NCBI GenBank assembly: GCA_038746695.1
Contig: JBCDKL010000001.1
Coordinates: 28,451 to 92,450 of the forward strand
Direction of reading: 5' to 3'
DNA from: Pseudomonadota bacterium
GTDB lineage: Bacteria > Pseudomonadota > Alphaproteobacteria > Rhodobacterales > Rhodobacteraceae
Length of the DNA: 64,000 nt
Position 1 is the stretch's first letter. Each line of letters begins with the position of its first letter. The notes below the pieces were generated by a model. That model saw nothing but the letters and a program-made list of their open reading frames with translations, searched no databases and had not been told where the DNA came from. The position numbers were made by a program, and so were the translations under genes. Below, in pieces: positions 1 to 8,523 of the stretch.

Positions 1-1555
1 GCGTCGCCAGCCCCTCGGCGACATGGACGTCGAGGATCGGGGTGAGGGTCTCGGGCGTCAGATCCGCGAGCATCATGTTCAGGGTCTGCACGAAATCCTG
101 CCGCATATCGGCAATCACGCAGCCCATGGCCGAGGTCACGCCCGGATAGCGCGGGATGATCGCCCGGGCGAGCCCGACCTCGCGCAGCATCGCCGTCGCA
201 TGGAGCGCGCCGCCCCCGCCAAAGGGCATGAAGGCAAAGGCCTTGGGATCATGCCCGCGCTCGATGCTCACCAGCCGGATCGCGCCCGCCATCCGCGCAT
301 TGGCCACGGTCAGGATCGCTTCGGCTGCCGCCAGCGGGTCGAGGCCGAGCGGCGTGCCTACATGTGTCGCAATGGCCTCCCGCGCGGCTTCCACATCCAG
401 CCGGTCGAGGCTGCCGCCAATGGGGTTCTCCGGGTCGATCCTGCCCAGCACCACATTGGCATCCGTCACCGTGGGCCGCGTGTTGCCCTGACCATAGGCC
501 ACGGGGCCGGGCGTCGAGCCCGCGCTTTCCGGCCCGATCTGCAACAGCCCGCCCTTGTCCACCGAGGCAATCGAGCCGCCCCCCGCGCCAATCGTCGCGA
601 TCTCGATCATCGGCGTGCGGATCACCATGCCAAAGTCGATCGCCGTCTGCGGGCTGAGCGCGGGCACCCCGCCCGTGACCAGCGAGACATCGAAGCTCGT
701 CCCGCCCATATCCCCGGTGATCACATCCGGATAGCCCGCCGTCTCGGCGATATAGGCCGCCGCCGTCACCCCCGCCGCAGGCCCTGACAGGGCCGTCCGC
801 ACAGGTCTGGCGCAGGCGGTCTCGACGCTCATCACGCCGCCATTGGATTGCACGATCAGGAACTCGCCCCCGGACCCGCCGCCCTTGAGCGCGGCCTCGA
901 GCCGGTCGAGATAGCCCGCCACCTCCGGCTGCAGATAGGCGTTGAGCGCGGTGGTCGAGAACCGCTCGAACTCCCGGATCTCGGGCAGGATCTCGGACGA
1001 GCCGCTCACATGGGGCGTGGGCCAGACCTCCCGCACGGCGGCGAGGGCCGCGGCCTCATTGGCCGGATTGGCATAGCTGTTCACAAAAAGGACCGCGACC
1101 GATGCGCAGCCCGCCTCCAGCAGTTGCGCTGCCGCGTCCCGCACCGCGTCGAGATCGACCTGGGTGTGCAGCGTCCCATCCGCCAGCACCCGCTCGGGCA
1201 CCTCAAGGCGCAGGTCGCGGGGCACCACCGGGTGGAATTCGCCGCGCAGCCCCCATGTGTCGCGCCGATCCCGCCGCCGCATTTCCAGCACATCGCGGAA
1301 CCCTTCGGTGGTGATCACCCCGGTCTTGGCGCCCTTGCGCTCCAGCAGGGCATTGGTCCCGGCGGTCGTGCCATGGACCACCGCGCCGACAGTGCTCAGA
1401 TCCGGCACATGCACCCCGATCCCGGCGAGAAACCCTGCCGACTGATCCGGGCGGGAGGTCGGGACCTTCGCCACCCGGGCGCGGCCCGTCCCCTCGTCCA
1501 GCACGAAGACATCCGTGAAGGTCCCGCCCACATCGACGCCGATCAAAACGCTCAT
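1..1555 (-). CDS. Hydantoinase/oxoprolinase family subunit A (ATP-binding); 3' end runs off the window edge
   Basis: Read manually on the minus strand from ATG 1555: MSVLIGVDVGGTFTD..., HGTTAGTNALLE, SGPAAG and DMGGTSFD motifs. ATGA overlap with the subunit B stop codon. Missing from the ORF track because it is truncated. Confidence 0.9.
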   Translation of the reverse strand, partial: MSVLIGVDVGGTFTDVFVLDEGTGRARVAKVPTSRPDQSAGFLAGIGVHVPDLSTVGAVVHGTTAGTNALLERKGAKTGVITTEGFRDVLEMRRRDRRDTWGLRGEFHPVVPRDLRLEVPERVLADGTLHTQVDLDAVRDAAAQLLEAGCASVAVLFVNSYANPANEAAALAAVREVWPTPHVSGSSEILPEIREFERFSTTALNAYLQPEVAGYLDRLEAALKGGGSGGEFLIVQSNGGVMSVETACARPVRTALSGPAAGVTAAAYIAETAGYPDVITGDMGGTSFDVSLVTGGVPALSPQTAIDFGMVIRTPMIEIATIGAGGGSIASVDKGGLLQIGPESAGSTPGPVAYGQGNTRPTVTDANVVLGRIDPENPIGGSLDRLDVEAAREAIATHVGTPLGLDPLAAAEAILTVANARMAGAIRLVSIERGHDPKAFAFMPFGGGGALHATAMLREVGLARAIIPRYPGVTSAMGCVIADMRQDFVQTLNMMLADLTPETLTPILDVHVAEGLAT

Positions 1556-3258
1556 GGCGTGACCTCCTGCCAGGCAGGGCCGTATTGCTCGGTGGCGGCC
1601 TCGGGGCTGAGATAGCCGAGACGTACATCCCGGGCGACGGCCTCGGGCTCGCGCTCGGCGGCCGCGCCATAGCCCCCGCCACCGGGCGTCTCGAGCCGCA
1701 CGCTCTGGCCCTTGGTCAGGCGCATGCCCACGGCCTTGGAGGCGAGCGGCGGCACCTGCCACCCCTCCGGCTGCTCATAGCGGAACACGTTCAGCGCCCC
1801 GTCACCGCCCCCGGCCACGCCCTTGGGCGCGAACCTACCACGCTCGCCAAAGAGGAAGGCTTCAGCCTCCTCCTCCAGTAGCTCGATCTCATAGGTGGCG
1901 CCCAGCCCGCCGCGATGGGCCCCGGGGCCTGCACTGTCGGGCCGCAAGGCCCATTGGCGGAACATCACCGGATAGGCTGCCTCAAGAATCTCCGCTGGCG
2001 GGATCGTCGCCGTCGAAATCGGCGCATTCCCGTGGTTCAGCCCGTCGCTCTCGGGGCTGCCGCCATGCCCGCCCCCGTAGAAGGAGAACATCACCCAGCG
2101 CGCGCAATTCCCGCGCCGCCCGGCAATCGAGAGCGCATTGATCGTGCCATAGGCATTCGCCACCACCCGATCCGGAATGGCCTGTGCGGCGGCCGAGAAG
2201 ATCACGTCGATCATCCGCAGGATCGTCTCTGTATAGCCGCCCGTGGGGGCCGGGAACTCTGCCGAGAGGATCGAGCCCTCGGGCACCGTCACCTCGATCG
2301 GGCGCATCACCCCGGCATTGGCGGGCAGGCTCGGAAAGATATGCTTCATCGCCACATAGGCCGTCGCAATCGTCGTGGGCAGGGCGATATTGACCGGCCC
2401 CTTGACCACCCCCGCACTGCCCGTGAAGTCGAGGCTCAGCCGATCGCCTGCGATCTCCAGCGCGACCTTGATGGCCAGCGGCTCCGGGTCGATCCCGTCA
2501 TTGTCGAGGTAGTCCACCGCTTCCCAGCGGCCATCGGGCAGGGCAGCGATCTCGGCCCGCATCAAGGCCTCCGCCCGGTCGGTCAGGGCCGTGAGCGCGC
2601 CTTGTACCGTCGCCACCCCGTAATCCGACAGGAGCGCGTCCAGCCGTTTGACCCCCAGATCGAGCGCGCCGAGCTGGCCGTTCAGATCCCCCTGGGCGGA
2701 GGCGGGCAGGCGCGTGTTGCGCATCAGGATATCGACGATATCAGTCTGCAGCACCCCGGCGCGCACGAGCTTGACAGGGGGCAGGACAAACGCCTCCTGA
2801 AACACTTCCGTGGCGGAGGGGTTGTAGTTGCCCGGCACCGCGCCGCCCACATCATGCCAATGGCCGACCGAGGCGAGAAAACACAGAAGCTCCCCATCGC
2901 GAAAGACCGGGCGCACCAGCCGCATATCGCTCAGATGGGTGCCGCCGATATGGGCATCATTGAAGATATAGACATCGCCCTCGGCCAGATCGCCGTCCCT
3001 TGCGGCCTTCTCGATCACCGCCTTGACCGCAAAGGCCATGACCCCGACGAAGATCGGCAGGCCCGATTTGCCCTGCACCAGCGTGTCGCCGGTCTCGGCG
3101 TGGTAGATCCCGTGGGAGGCGTCATGGGCCTCGGCGATGATCGGGTTGAAGGCCGCGCGAAAGAGCGTCGCGTCCATCTCATCAGCGATCTGCTCCATCC
3201 GCCCTGCCAGCACCGCGAGGGTGATCGGGTCGATCTCGGAGGGGGCGGGGGCGCTCAT
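1552..3258 (-). CDS. Hydantoinase B/oxoprolinase family subunit B
   Basis: DPITLAVL N-terminus, GGTHLSD, GHWHDVGG, DSAGPGAHRGG and TPGGGGYG motifs; 568 aa. Confidence 0.92.
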   Translation of the reverse strand: MSAPAPSEIDPITLAVLAGRMEQIADEMDATLFRAAFNPIIAEAHDASHGIYHAETGDTLVQGKSGLPIFVGVMAFAVKAVIEKAARDGDLAEGDVYIFNDAHIGGTHLSDMRLVRPVFRDGELLCFLASVGHWHDVGGAVPGNYNPSATEVFQEAFVLPPVKLVRAGVLQTDIVDILMRNTRLPASAQGDLNGQLGALDLGVKRLDALLSDYGVATVQGALTALTDRAEALMRAEIAALPDGRWEAVDYLDNDGIDPEPLAIKVALEIAGDRLSLDFTGSAGVVKGPVNIALPTTIATAYVAMKHIFPSLPANAGVMRPIEVTVPEGSILSAEFPAPTGGYTETILRMIDVIFSAAAQAIPDRVVANAYGTINALSIAGRRGNCARWVMFSFYGGGHGGSPESDGLNHGNAPISTATIPPAEILEAAYPVMFRQWALRPDSAGPGAHRGGLGATYEIELLEEEAEAFLFGERGRFAPKGVAGGGDGALNVFRYEQPEGWQVPPLASKAVGMRLTKGQSVRLETPGGGGYGAAAEREPEAVARDVRLGYLSPEAATEQYGPAWQEVTP

Positions 3259-3827
3259 GACTGGGCTTCGCCCAACCGCGCCTCCCCCATGTCGTTCCAG
3301 ACCTCCTGCCGCCAGAGTTTCCCCGCCCGCAGCTCGAACCGATCGACAAAGCGGATGCCCTCGAACGCGGTGCCGCCCGGCCAGGCGCCAGCGAGCGTGC
3401 CCCGGCAGATCACCACCGGGCTGCCGTCAGTCATGGCCGTGTCGAAGCCCGTATAGGTTTTGGCGATCCCGGCGTAGCGGGGCTTGGACCAGGCGATAAG
3501 CTCTTCAAGCCGGGTCATACGGACGCCGCCGGGAAAGGTCATCTCGAACCCTTCGGCAAGGAACCCGGCTGCGCGGTCGAGATCCCGCGCTTCCATCGCC
3601 CGCAGGAAATCGCGCACGGTTTTTACTGGATCAGGCAGGGCGGGGGCCGGGCTGCGGTTCTGACCGCCGCGCATGTAGCCCGCTGCGCTGACCTCATGGG
3701 TGAGGACCGTCACCGCGTCCGGATCGGCGGGGAGGACCGCACGCACCGCATCCGTCAGGCCCCGGCCCAACCGGGTCTTCGTGTCGATGTCATAGCCCTC
3801 AATCAGGTGCAGTTCGATCACCGGCAT
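3255..3827 (-). CDS. 4-oxalocrotonate tautomerase-like domain fused to a SnoaL/NTF2-like domain
   Basis: Begins M-P-VIELHLIEG (Pro1 after Met removal); C-terminal half VRDFLRAMEARD...IRFVDRFELRAGKLWRQEVWND is NTF2-like; overlaps the start of subunit B. Confidence 0.8.
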   Translation of the reverse strand: MPVIELHLIEGYDIDTKTRLGRGLTDAVRAVLPADPDAVTVLTHEVSAAGYMRGGQNRSPAPALPDPVKTVRDFLRAMEARDLDRAAGFLAEGFEMTFPGGVRMTRLEELIAWSKPRYAGIAKTYTGFDTAMTDGSPVVICRGTLAGAWPGGTAFEGIRFVDRFELRAGKLWRQEVWNDMGEARLGEAQS

Positions 3828-3866
3828 CCGCTGTCATCCCCCCTGGCAGATCGGGTTCCGGCAGGG

Positions 3867-3890
3867 ACCTGTCTGCTTTTTGATACAGGT
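3867..3890. promoter_or_regulatory. Inverted repeat ACCTGT-N12-ACAGGT in the divergent promoter; candidate operator for the adjacent GntR
   Basis: acctgtctgctttttgatacaggt lies between the divergent tautomerase and GntR genes. Confidence 0.4.
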
Positions 3891-3993
3891 GAAGCTATGG
3901 CGATAGACCAAAAAGGGTAGGGTTTGTGATCCATAATCTTGCGCCTGCGCCGAACCGGGCTAGGTGGCGCTTGGGAAGAGAGGGCGACGCACC

Positions 3994-4806
3994 ATGGATG
4001 GCGGCAGCGGGACACACCTCCCCGAGGGGGGCAAGGCACGGCGGGTCTACCTGCAGTTGCGCGATATGATCGTGCAGGATGCCATGCGCCCCGGGGACCT
4101 CCTGCCGGGGGAGCAGAAGCTCGCCGCACGCTTCGGGGTGAGCCGGGTCACGATCCGCCGGGCGTTAGAGGCCTTGGCCGAGGATGGGCTGATCGACAAG
4201 CGCGCAGGGGCGGGCAGCGTGGTGCGCGCGCCGGGGGCGGCGGGGTCGGTCCTAACGGGCAATCTTGCCTCGCTCATGCCGCAGCTAGTCGAGATGGGGC
4301 AGCGCACCGAGGCGCGGCTCCTGGCGTTCTCCTATGGCGAGGCGCCGGGCGCGGTGCTGCAGGCGCTGGCGCTGGAGCCGTCCGAGCAGGTGCAGACCGC
4401 CACGCGCGTGCGGCTCCTGGGCGGGGTGCCGTTTTCGCATCTCACAACCCATGTGCCAGCGCGGATCGCGACGAACTACTCCGAGGCGGATCTGGCGACC
4501 ACGCCGCTCTTTCGCCTGCTGGAGCGGAGCGGGGTGCGCATCGCCTCCGCCCATCAATCGGTGACGGCGACGCTGGCGACGCCCGAGGTCGCCGACGCGC
4601 TCGACGTGGCCGTGGGCTCGGCCCTGACCGCGCTGACACGCATCGTGCGTGATGTGGACGGGCAGGGGATCGAGTATCTCTCGGCGCTTTACCGGCCGGA
4701 TCTTTACCGGCTCGACATGACCCTCTGCCGGGTCGGGGCCGAGGACAACCGCCATTGGGAGCCGGTGCTCAGCGAGCCGCCCACCCCGTCAGAGGGGGCC
4801 GCATGA
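3994..4806 (+). CDS. GntR (HutC/UTRA) family transcriptional regulator
   Basis: LPGEQKLAARFGVSRVTIRRAL winged HTH plus a C-terminal UTRA-like domain. Confidence 0.9.
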   Translation: MDGGSGTHLPEGGKARRVYLQLRDMIVQDAMRPGDLLPGEQKLAARFGVSRVTIRRALEALAEDGLIDKRAGAGSVVRAPGAAGSVLTGNLASLMPQLVEMGQRTEARLLAFSYGEAPGAVLQALALEPSEQVQTATRVRLLGGVPFSHLTTHVPARIATNYSEADLATTPLFRLLERSGVRIASAHQSVTATLATPEVADALDVAVGSALTALTRIVRDVDGQGIEYLSALYRPDLYRLDMTLCRVGAEDNRHWEPVLSEPPTPSEGAA

Positions 4807-6200
4807 GCGCCGGGCCGCAGACCCTGCTGGACAAGCTCTGGCACGCCCATGAGGTGCTGCGCCGGAAGGATGGCACGTCGCTTCTCTGGGTGGACCGGCA
4901 CCTCCTGCATGAGGGCTCGCACCACGCTTTTGCCAAGCTCGCAGCACGGGGCCTACCCGTTGCTGCGCCAGAGCAGAGCTTTGCCGTGGTCGATCACTAC
5001 GCCCCCACGCGCAACCGCGACGAGGGGGGCGTCACGCCCGAGATCCGCAGCATGATCGCCCGGCTGAAGGAGAACGCGGCGCGGCATAAGATCCGCCTCT
5101 TTGACCTGATGGACCCGGATCAGGGGATCGTCCATGTGATCGGGCCGGAGCAGGGGCTCACCCTGCCGGGCCTCACCATCAATTGCGGCGACAGCCATAC
5201 CTCGACCCATGGCGCGTTCGGCGCGCTGGCCTTCGGGATCGGGGCCACGGAAGTGGCCCATGTGCTCTCCACCCAGACCATCTGGCAGGCCCGGCCCAAG
5301 ACCTTGCGTCTGCGGTTCGACGGGGCGCTCGGGCCCGGGGTCGGGGCCAAGGACATGGCGCTGGCCTGGATCGCGCAGTTCGGGGCGGATGCGGCCCGGG
5401 GTCATGCGATCGAGTATACCGGTGCAGCCGTGCGGGGCCTGACCATGGAAGGGCGGATGACGCTCTGCAATCTCTCGATCGAGGGCGGGGCCAAGCTCGG
5501 CCTGATCGCGCCGGATGAGACCACCTTCGCCTATCTCAAAGACCGACCCTACGCGCCGCAGGGCACGTCCTGGGACCGGGCCTGCGCCGATTGGGCGGCC
5601 CTGCCCAGCGATGCTGAGGCCGCGTTTGATCGGGAGGAGAGCCTCGATTGCGCGCAGATCGCGCCGGTCGTCACCTGGGGGACGCGACCGGATCAGGCCA
5701 TTCCGGTGACCGGCACCCTTCCCCGCGGGGAAGGTTCAGAGGTTAATTCTACATTAACTTACATGGGCTTAGAGGCGGGTCGCCCGATTGCTGGCGTGCC
5801 CGTGGATCAGGTCTTTATCGGCTCTTGCACCAATGGCCGGATCGAGGATCTGCGCGCGGCGGCGGCGGTTCTGGCGGGACGCGCGGCGCGGGTGCCCGGG
5901 CAGGTCTCGCCCGGCTCGGCCCGGGTGAAGGCGCAGGCAGAAGAAGAGGGGCTCGACCGGATTTTCACCGCCGCCGGGCTGGACTGGACGGGCGCGGGTT
6001 GTGCCATGTGCGTCGGTATGAATGGCGACCTAGTGGCGCCGGGCGCGCGCTGTGCCTCGACCACGAACCGCAATTTCAAAGGCCGACAGGGCCCCGGTGC
6101 GCGGACACATCTTATGTCGCCTGCCATGGTCGCGGCTGCGGCCGTCACGGGCGAGATCACCGATGTGCGTCCCCTTCTGGCCGGGAGGGCCGTGGCATGA
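4803..6200 (+). CDS. leuC: 3-isopropylmalate dehydratase large subunit-like [4Fe-4S] hydro-lyase (probably a catabolic paralog)
   Basis: DSHTSTHGAFG, IGSCTNGR, GCAMCVGMN and STTNRNFKGRQG motifs; ATGA overlap with GntR. Confidence 0.85.
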   Translation: MSAGPQTLLDKLWHAHEVLRRKDGTSLLWVDRHLLHEGSHHAFAKLAARGLPVAAPEQSFAVVDHYAPTRNRDEGGVTPEIRSMIARLKENAARHKIRLFDLMDPDQGIVHVIGPEQGLTLPGLTINCGDSHTSTHGAFGALAFGIGATEVAHVLSTQTIWQARPKTLRLRFDGALGPGVGAKDMALAWIAQFGADAARGHAIEYTGAAVRGLTMEGRMTLCNLSIEGGAKLGLIAPDETTFAYLKDRPYAPQGTSWDRACADWAALPSDAEAAFDREESLDCAQIAPVVTWGTRPDQAIPVTGTLPRGEGSEVNSTLTYMGLEAGRPIAGVPVDQVFIGSCTNGRIEDLRAAAAVLAGRAARVPGQVSPGSARVKAQAEEEGLDRIFTAAGLDWTGAGCAMCVGMNGDLVAPGARCASTTNRNFKGRQGPGARTHLMSPAMVAAAAVTGEITDVRPLLAGRAVA

Positions 6201-6829
6201 GCGCGCGCGGCTGGCAGAAACATTTGGGCCTTGCCGTGGGGCTTCCGATGGCGGGGATCGACACGGATCAGCTCATCCCGGCGCGCTTCATGGCGACGCC
6301 GCGGGATCAGGGTTATGGCGGGTTTCTCCTCCATGATTTGCGGTATGACGGGGCGGGGGCAGCGGTGCCCAACTTCGTGCTGAACCGGCCCGAGAGCGCG
6401 GGCGCCTCGATCCTCGTGGCCGGGCGAAATTTCGGCTGTGGCTCCTCGCGGGAGGCGGCGGTCTATGCCCTGATCGATTACGGGATCCGCGTGGTCGTGG
6501 CCCCGAGCTTTGGCGATATCTTTGCGGCCAATGCGGTGAATAACGGGCTCTGCCCGGCGCAGGTTTGCGAGAAGACGAGCGCGTCGATGCTTGATGCGCT
6601 GGCCGAGGCGCCGCGCCGGGTGACCGTGGATCTTGAAGCCTGCGAGATCGTTGGGCCCGCCTGCCGGGTTCCGTTCCGGCTCGACCCGGTGTGGCGGCAA
6701 AAGCTGATCGAAGGCTGGGACGATATCGATCTGACTCGGGCCTATGCGGCGGATATCACCGCCTTTCGCGACCGGGATGCGCGGGCCCGCCCCTGGGCGG
6801 CGGTGCGGCCCCCGGGAGGGCACGGATAG
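6197..6829 (+). CDS. leuD: 3-isopropylmalate dehydratase small subunit-like protein
   Basis: IDTDQLIPARF, NFGCGSSRE and SFGDIF motifs; ATG 6197 overlaps the leuC stop. Confidence 0.85.
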   Translation: MSARGWQKHLGLAVGLPMAGIDTDQLIPARFMATPRDQGYGGFLLHDLRYDGAGAAVPNFVLNRPESAGASILVAGRNFGCGSSREAAVYALIDYGIRVVVAPSFGDIFAANAVNNGLCPAQVCEKTSASMLDALAEAPRRVTVDLEACEIVGPACRVPFRLDPVWRQKLIEGWDDIDLTRAYAADITAFRDRDARARPWAAVRPPGGHG

Positions 6830-6938
6830 ACAACAGACCGCGTGTCACGCGGCAGAGGGGCACCGGCATCGCCCCGGACAGGTGCCACAACAGGGAATGG
6901 GTCGCCGCAGCGCGGTCTGAACACGAAGGAGCATAGTG

Positions 6939-7952
6939 ATGAAACATACCGTATTGGGCACCGTTCTGGCGGGCAGCCTCAGCCTGAGCGGCGGTGCGGC
7001 CTGGTCCATGGACACGCTGACGGCGGTCCATGCCTTTCCGACCACGCTGATCTACACCAAGAGCTTTCTGGAATTCGTCGACAAGGTGAATGCTGCGGGC
7101 GAAGGCGTGGTGCAGATCGAGGTGCGGGGTGGCCCCGAGGCGATCGGCATGTTCCAGCAGCCCGATGCGGTGCGCGACGGGATCGTGGACATGGTCTATA
7201 CGCCCGGCTCCTTCTATGGCGGTGCGCTGCCTGAAAAGGACGCCATGGTGGCTTCGAACCTCACGGCGGTCGAGACCCGGACGAATGGTGGCACCGAGCT
7301 GATCGACCAAATCCATCAGGAGAAAATGGGCCTCAAGTATCTCGGCTGGTTCGATAGTGGGGTGAGCTACAACCTCTGGACCGTCGATGAACCGACCTTT
7401 GAGGATGATGGCGATCTGAGCGTTTCGGGCATCAAGCTGCGCGGGAACGCGGTTTATAACGCGTTCTTCACCGAGTATCTGGGCGCGCAGGTGATCGACC
7501 TGCCGACCACGGATGTCTATGCGGCGCTGGAGCGGGGTGTTGTGGATGCCACGGGCTGGACCCAGATCGGGCTGATTGACCTGAAGTGGAACGAGTTCCT
7601 GAACTACCGGATTGAGCCGAGCTTCTTTTCCACCGATCTCGGGGTGATCGTGAACCTTGAGAAGTGGGAGAGCCTGAGCGAAGAGGCGCGCACCATTCTA
7701 CAGGATGTGGCGATCCAGCATGAGAAGGACAGCGTCGCGGCCCTGACGGCCAAGCGCGACGAGGATTTCAAGGCGCTGGATGCGGGCGGCATGAAGGTCG
7801 TGAGCCTCGAGGGCGATGCCAAGGCGCGGTATCTGGCTGCCGCGCGCGAGAAGACCTGGGAGCGGATGAAGGGTCTGATGGCCGAGCACCCCTCGGGGGA
7901 CGGCAATTACGACACGCTGATCTCGCTCTTCTACGATCCGGCGCAGGATTGA
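6939..7952 (+). CDS. dctP: TRAP transporter periplasmic substrate-binding protein
   Basis: Signal peptide, GIKLR and YAALERGVVDA motifs; AGGAG RBS; followed by dctQ/dctM-type genes. Confidence 0.85.
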   Translation: MKHTVLGTVLAGSLSLSGGAAWSMDTLTAVHAFPTTLIYTKSFLEFVDKVNAAGEGVVQIEVRGGPEAIGMFQQPDAVRDGIVDMVYTPGSFYGGALPEKDAMVASNLTAVETRTNGGTELIDQIHQEKMGLKYLGWFDSGVSYNLWTVDEPTFEDDGDLSVSGIKLRGNAVYNAFFTEYLGAQVIDLPTTDVYAALERGVVDATGWTQIGLIDLKWNEFLNYRIEPSFFSTDLGVIVNLEKWESLSEEARTILQDVAIQHEKDSVAALTAKRDEDFKALDAGGMKVVSLEGDAKARYLAAAREKTWERMKGLMAEHPSGDGNYDTLISLFYDPAQD

Positions 7953-7962
7953 TCTGAGAGAG

Positions 7963-7989
7963 GCGCCGACGGGGTAAGCCCGTCGGCGC
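7963..7989 (+). terminator. GC-rich stem-loop after dctP with no U-tract (likely mRNA-stabilising or attenuating hairpin)
   Basis: gcgccgacggg-gtaag-cccgtcggcgc, perfect 11-bp stem. Confidence 0.55.
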
Positions 7990-8004
7990 GGACCCGCCCC
8001 GCCC

Positions 8005-8511
8005 ATGCGCGTGCTTGTGAAACTCTATGACGGATGGATCGTCGGGATGGCCGCCCTTGCCGGGCTCGGCCTTGTCTGGCTGATGGTGTCGGTGATCGTC
8101 TCGGTGGTGATGCGCAATGCGGGCGTGCAGCCCTTTGCCTGGCTCTTTACGTCCGCGGAGTACAGCTTGCTCTACCTGACAATGCTGGGCGCACCCTGGC
8201 TCGTGCGGGAGAAGGGCCATGTGCATATCGAGCTGGTCACCGCCGCCTTGCCCGAAGGGCTGCGGCAGGTGGTGAGCCGAGCGGTCGCACTTCTCTGCGT
8301 GCTGGTCTGCGTGATCCTCGCGTGGAAGGGCGTGGAACTCTGCCTGCGCAATCTGGAGCGGAACGACTATGACGTCCGCGCCTACTTCTTTCCGCGCTGG
8401 ATGCTGACGATTTCCTTCCCCATCGCCTTTGGCTTCATGGCGGTGGAGTTCATGCGCTTCGTTGTCGGGCGCGAGATCCTGCATTCGGGCGAAGCGGGGA
8501 TCCACGAGTAA
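8005..8511 (+). CDS. dctQ: TRAP transporter small permease
   Basis: 168 aa, about 4 TM helices, GHVHIEL motif. Confidence 0.88.
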   Translation: MRVLVKLYDGWIVGMAALAGLGLVWLMVSVIVSVVMRNAGVQPFAWLFTSAEYSLLYLTMLGAPWLVREKGHVHIELVTAALPEGLRQVVSRAVALLCVLVCVILAWKGVELCLRNLERNDYDVRAYFFPRWMLTISFPIAFGFMAVEFMRFVVGREILHSGEAGIHE

Positions 8512-8523
8512 TGGACGGGCCCG

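Noticed and set aside
23-3456. Plus-strand ORFs 23-787, 848-1615 and 1915-3456
   Set aside because: Antisense to the hydantoinase A/B genes; Arg/Pro/His-rich shadow translations
4803-6829. Reading leuCD as a leucine biosynthesis operon
   Set aside because: No leuA or leuB nearby; the genes are coupled to GntR, TRAP and CoA-ligase genes, so a catabolic paralog is more likely
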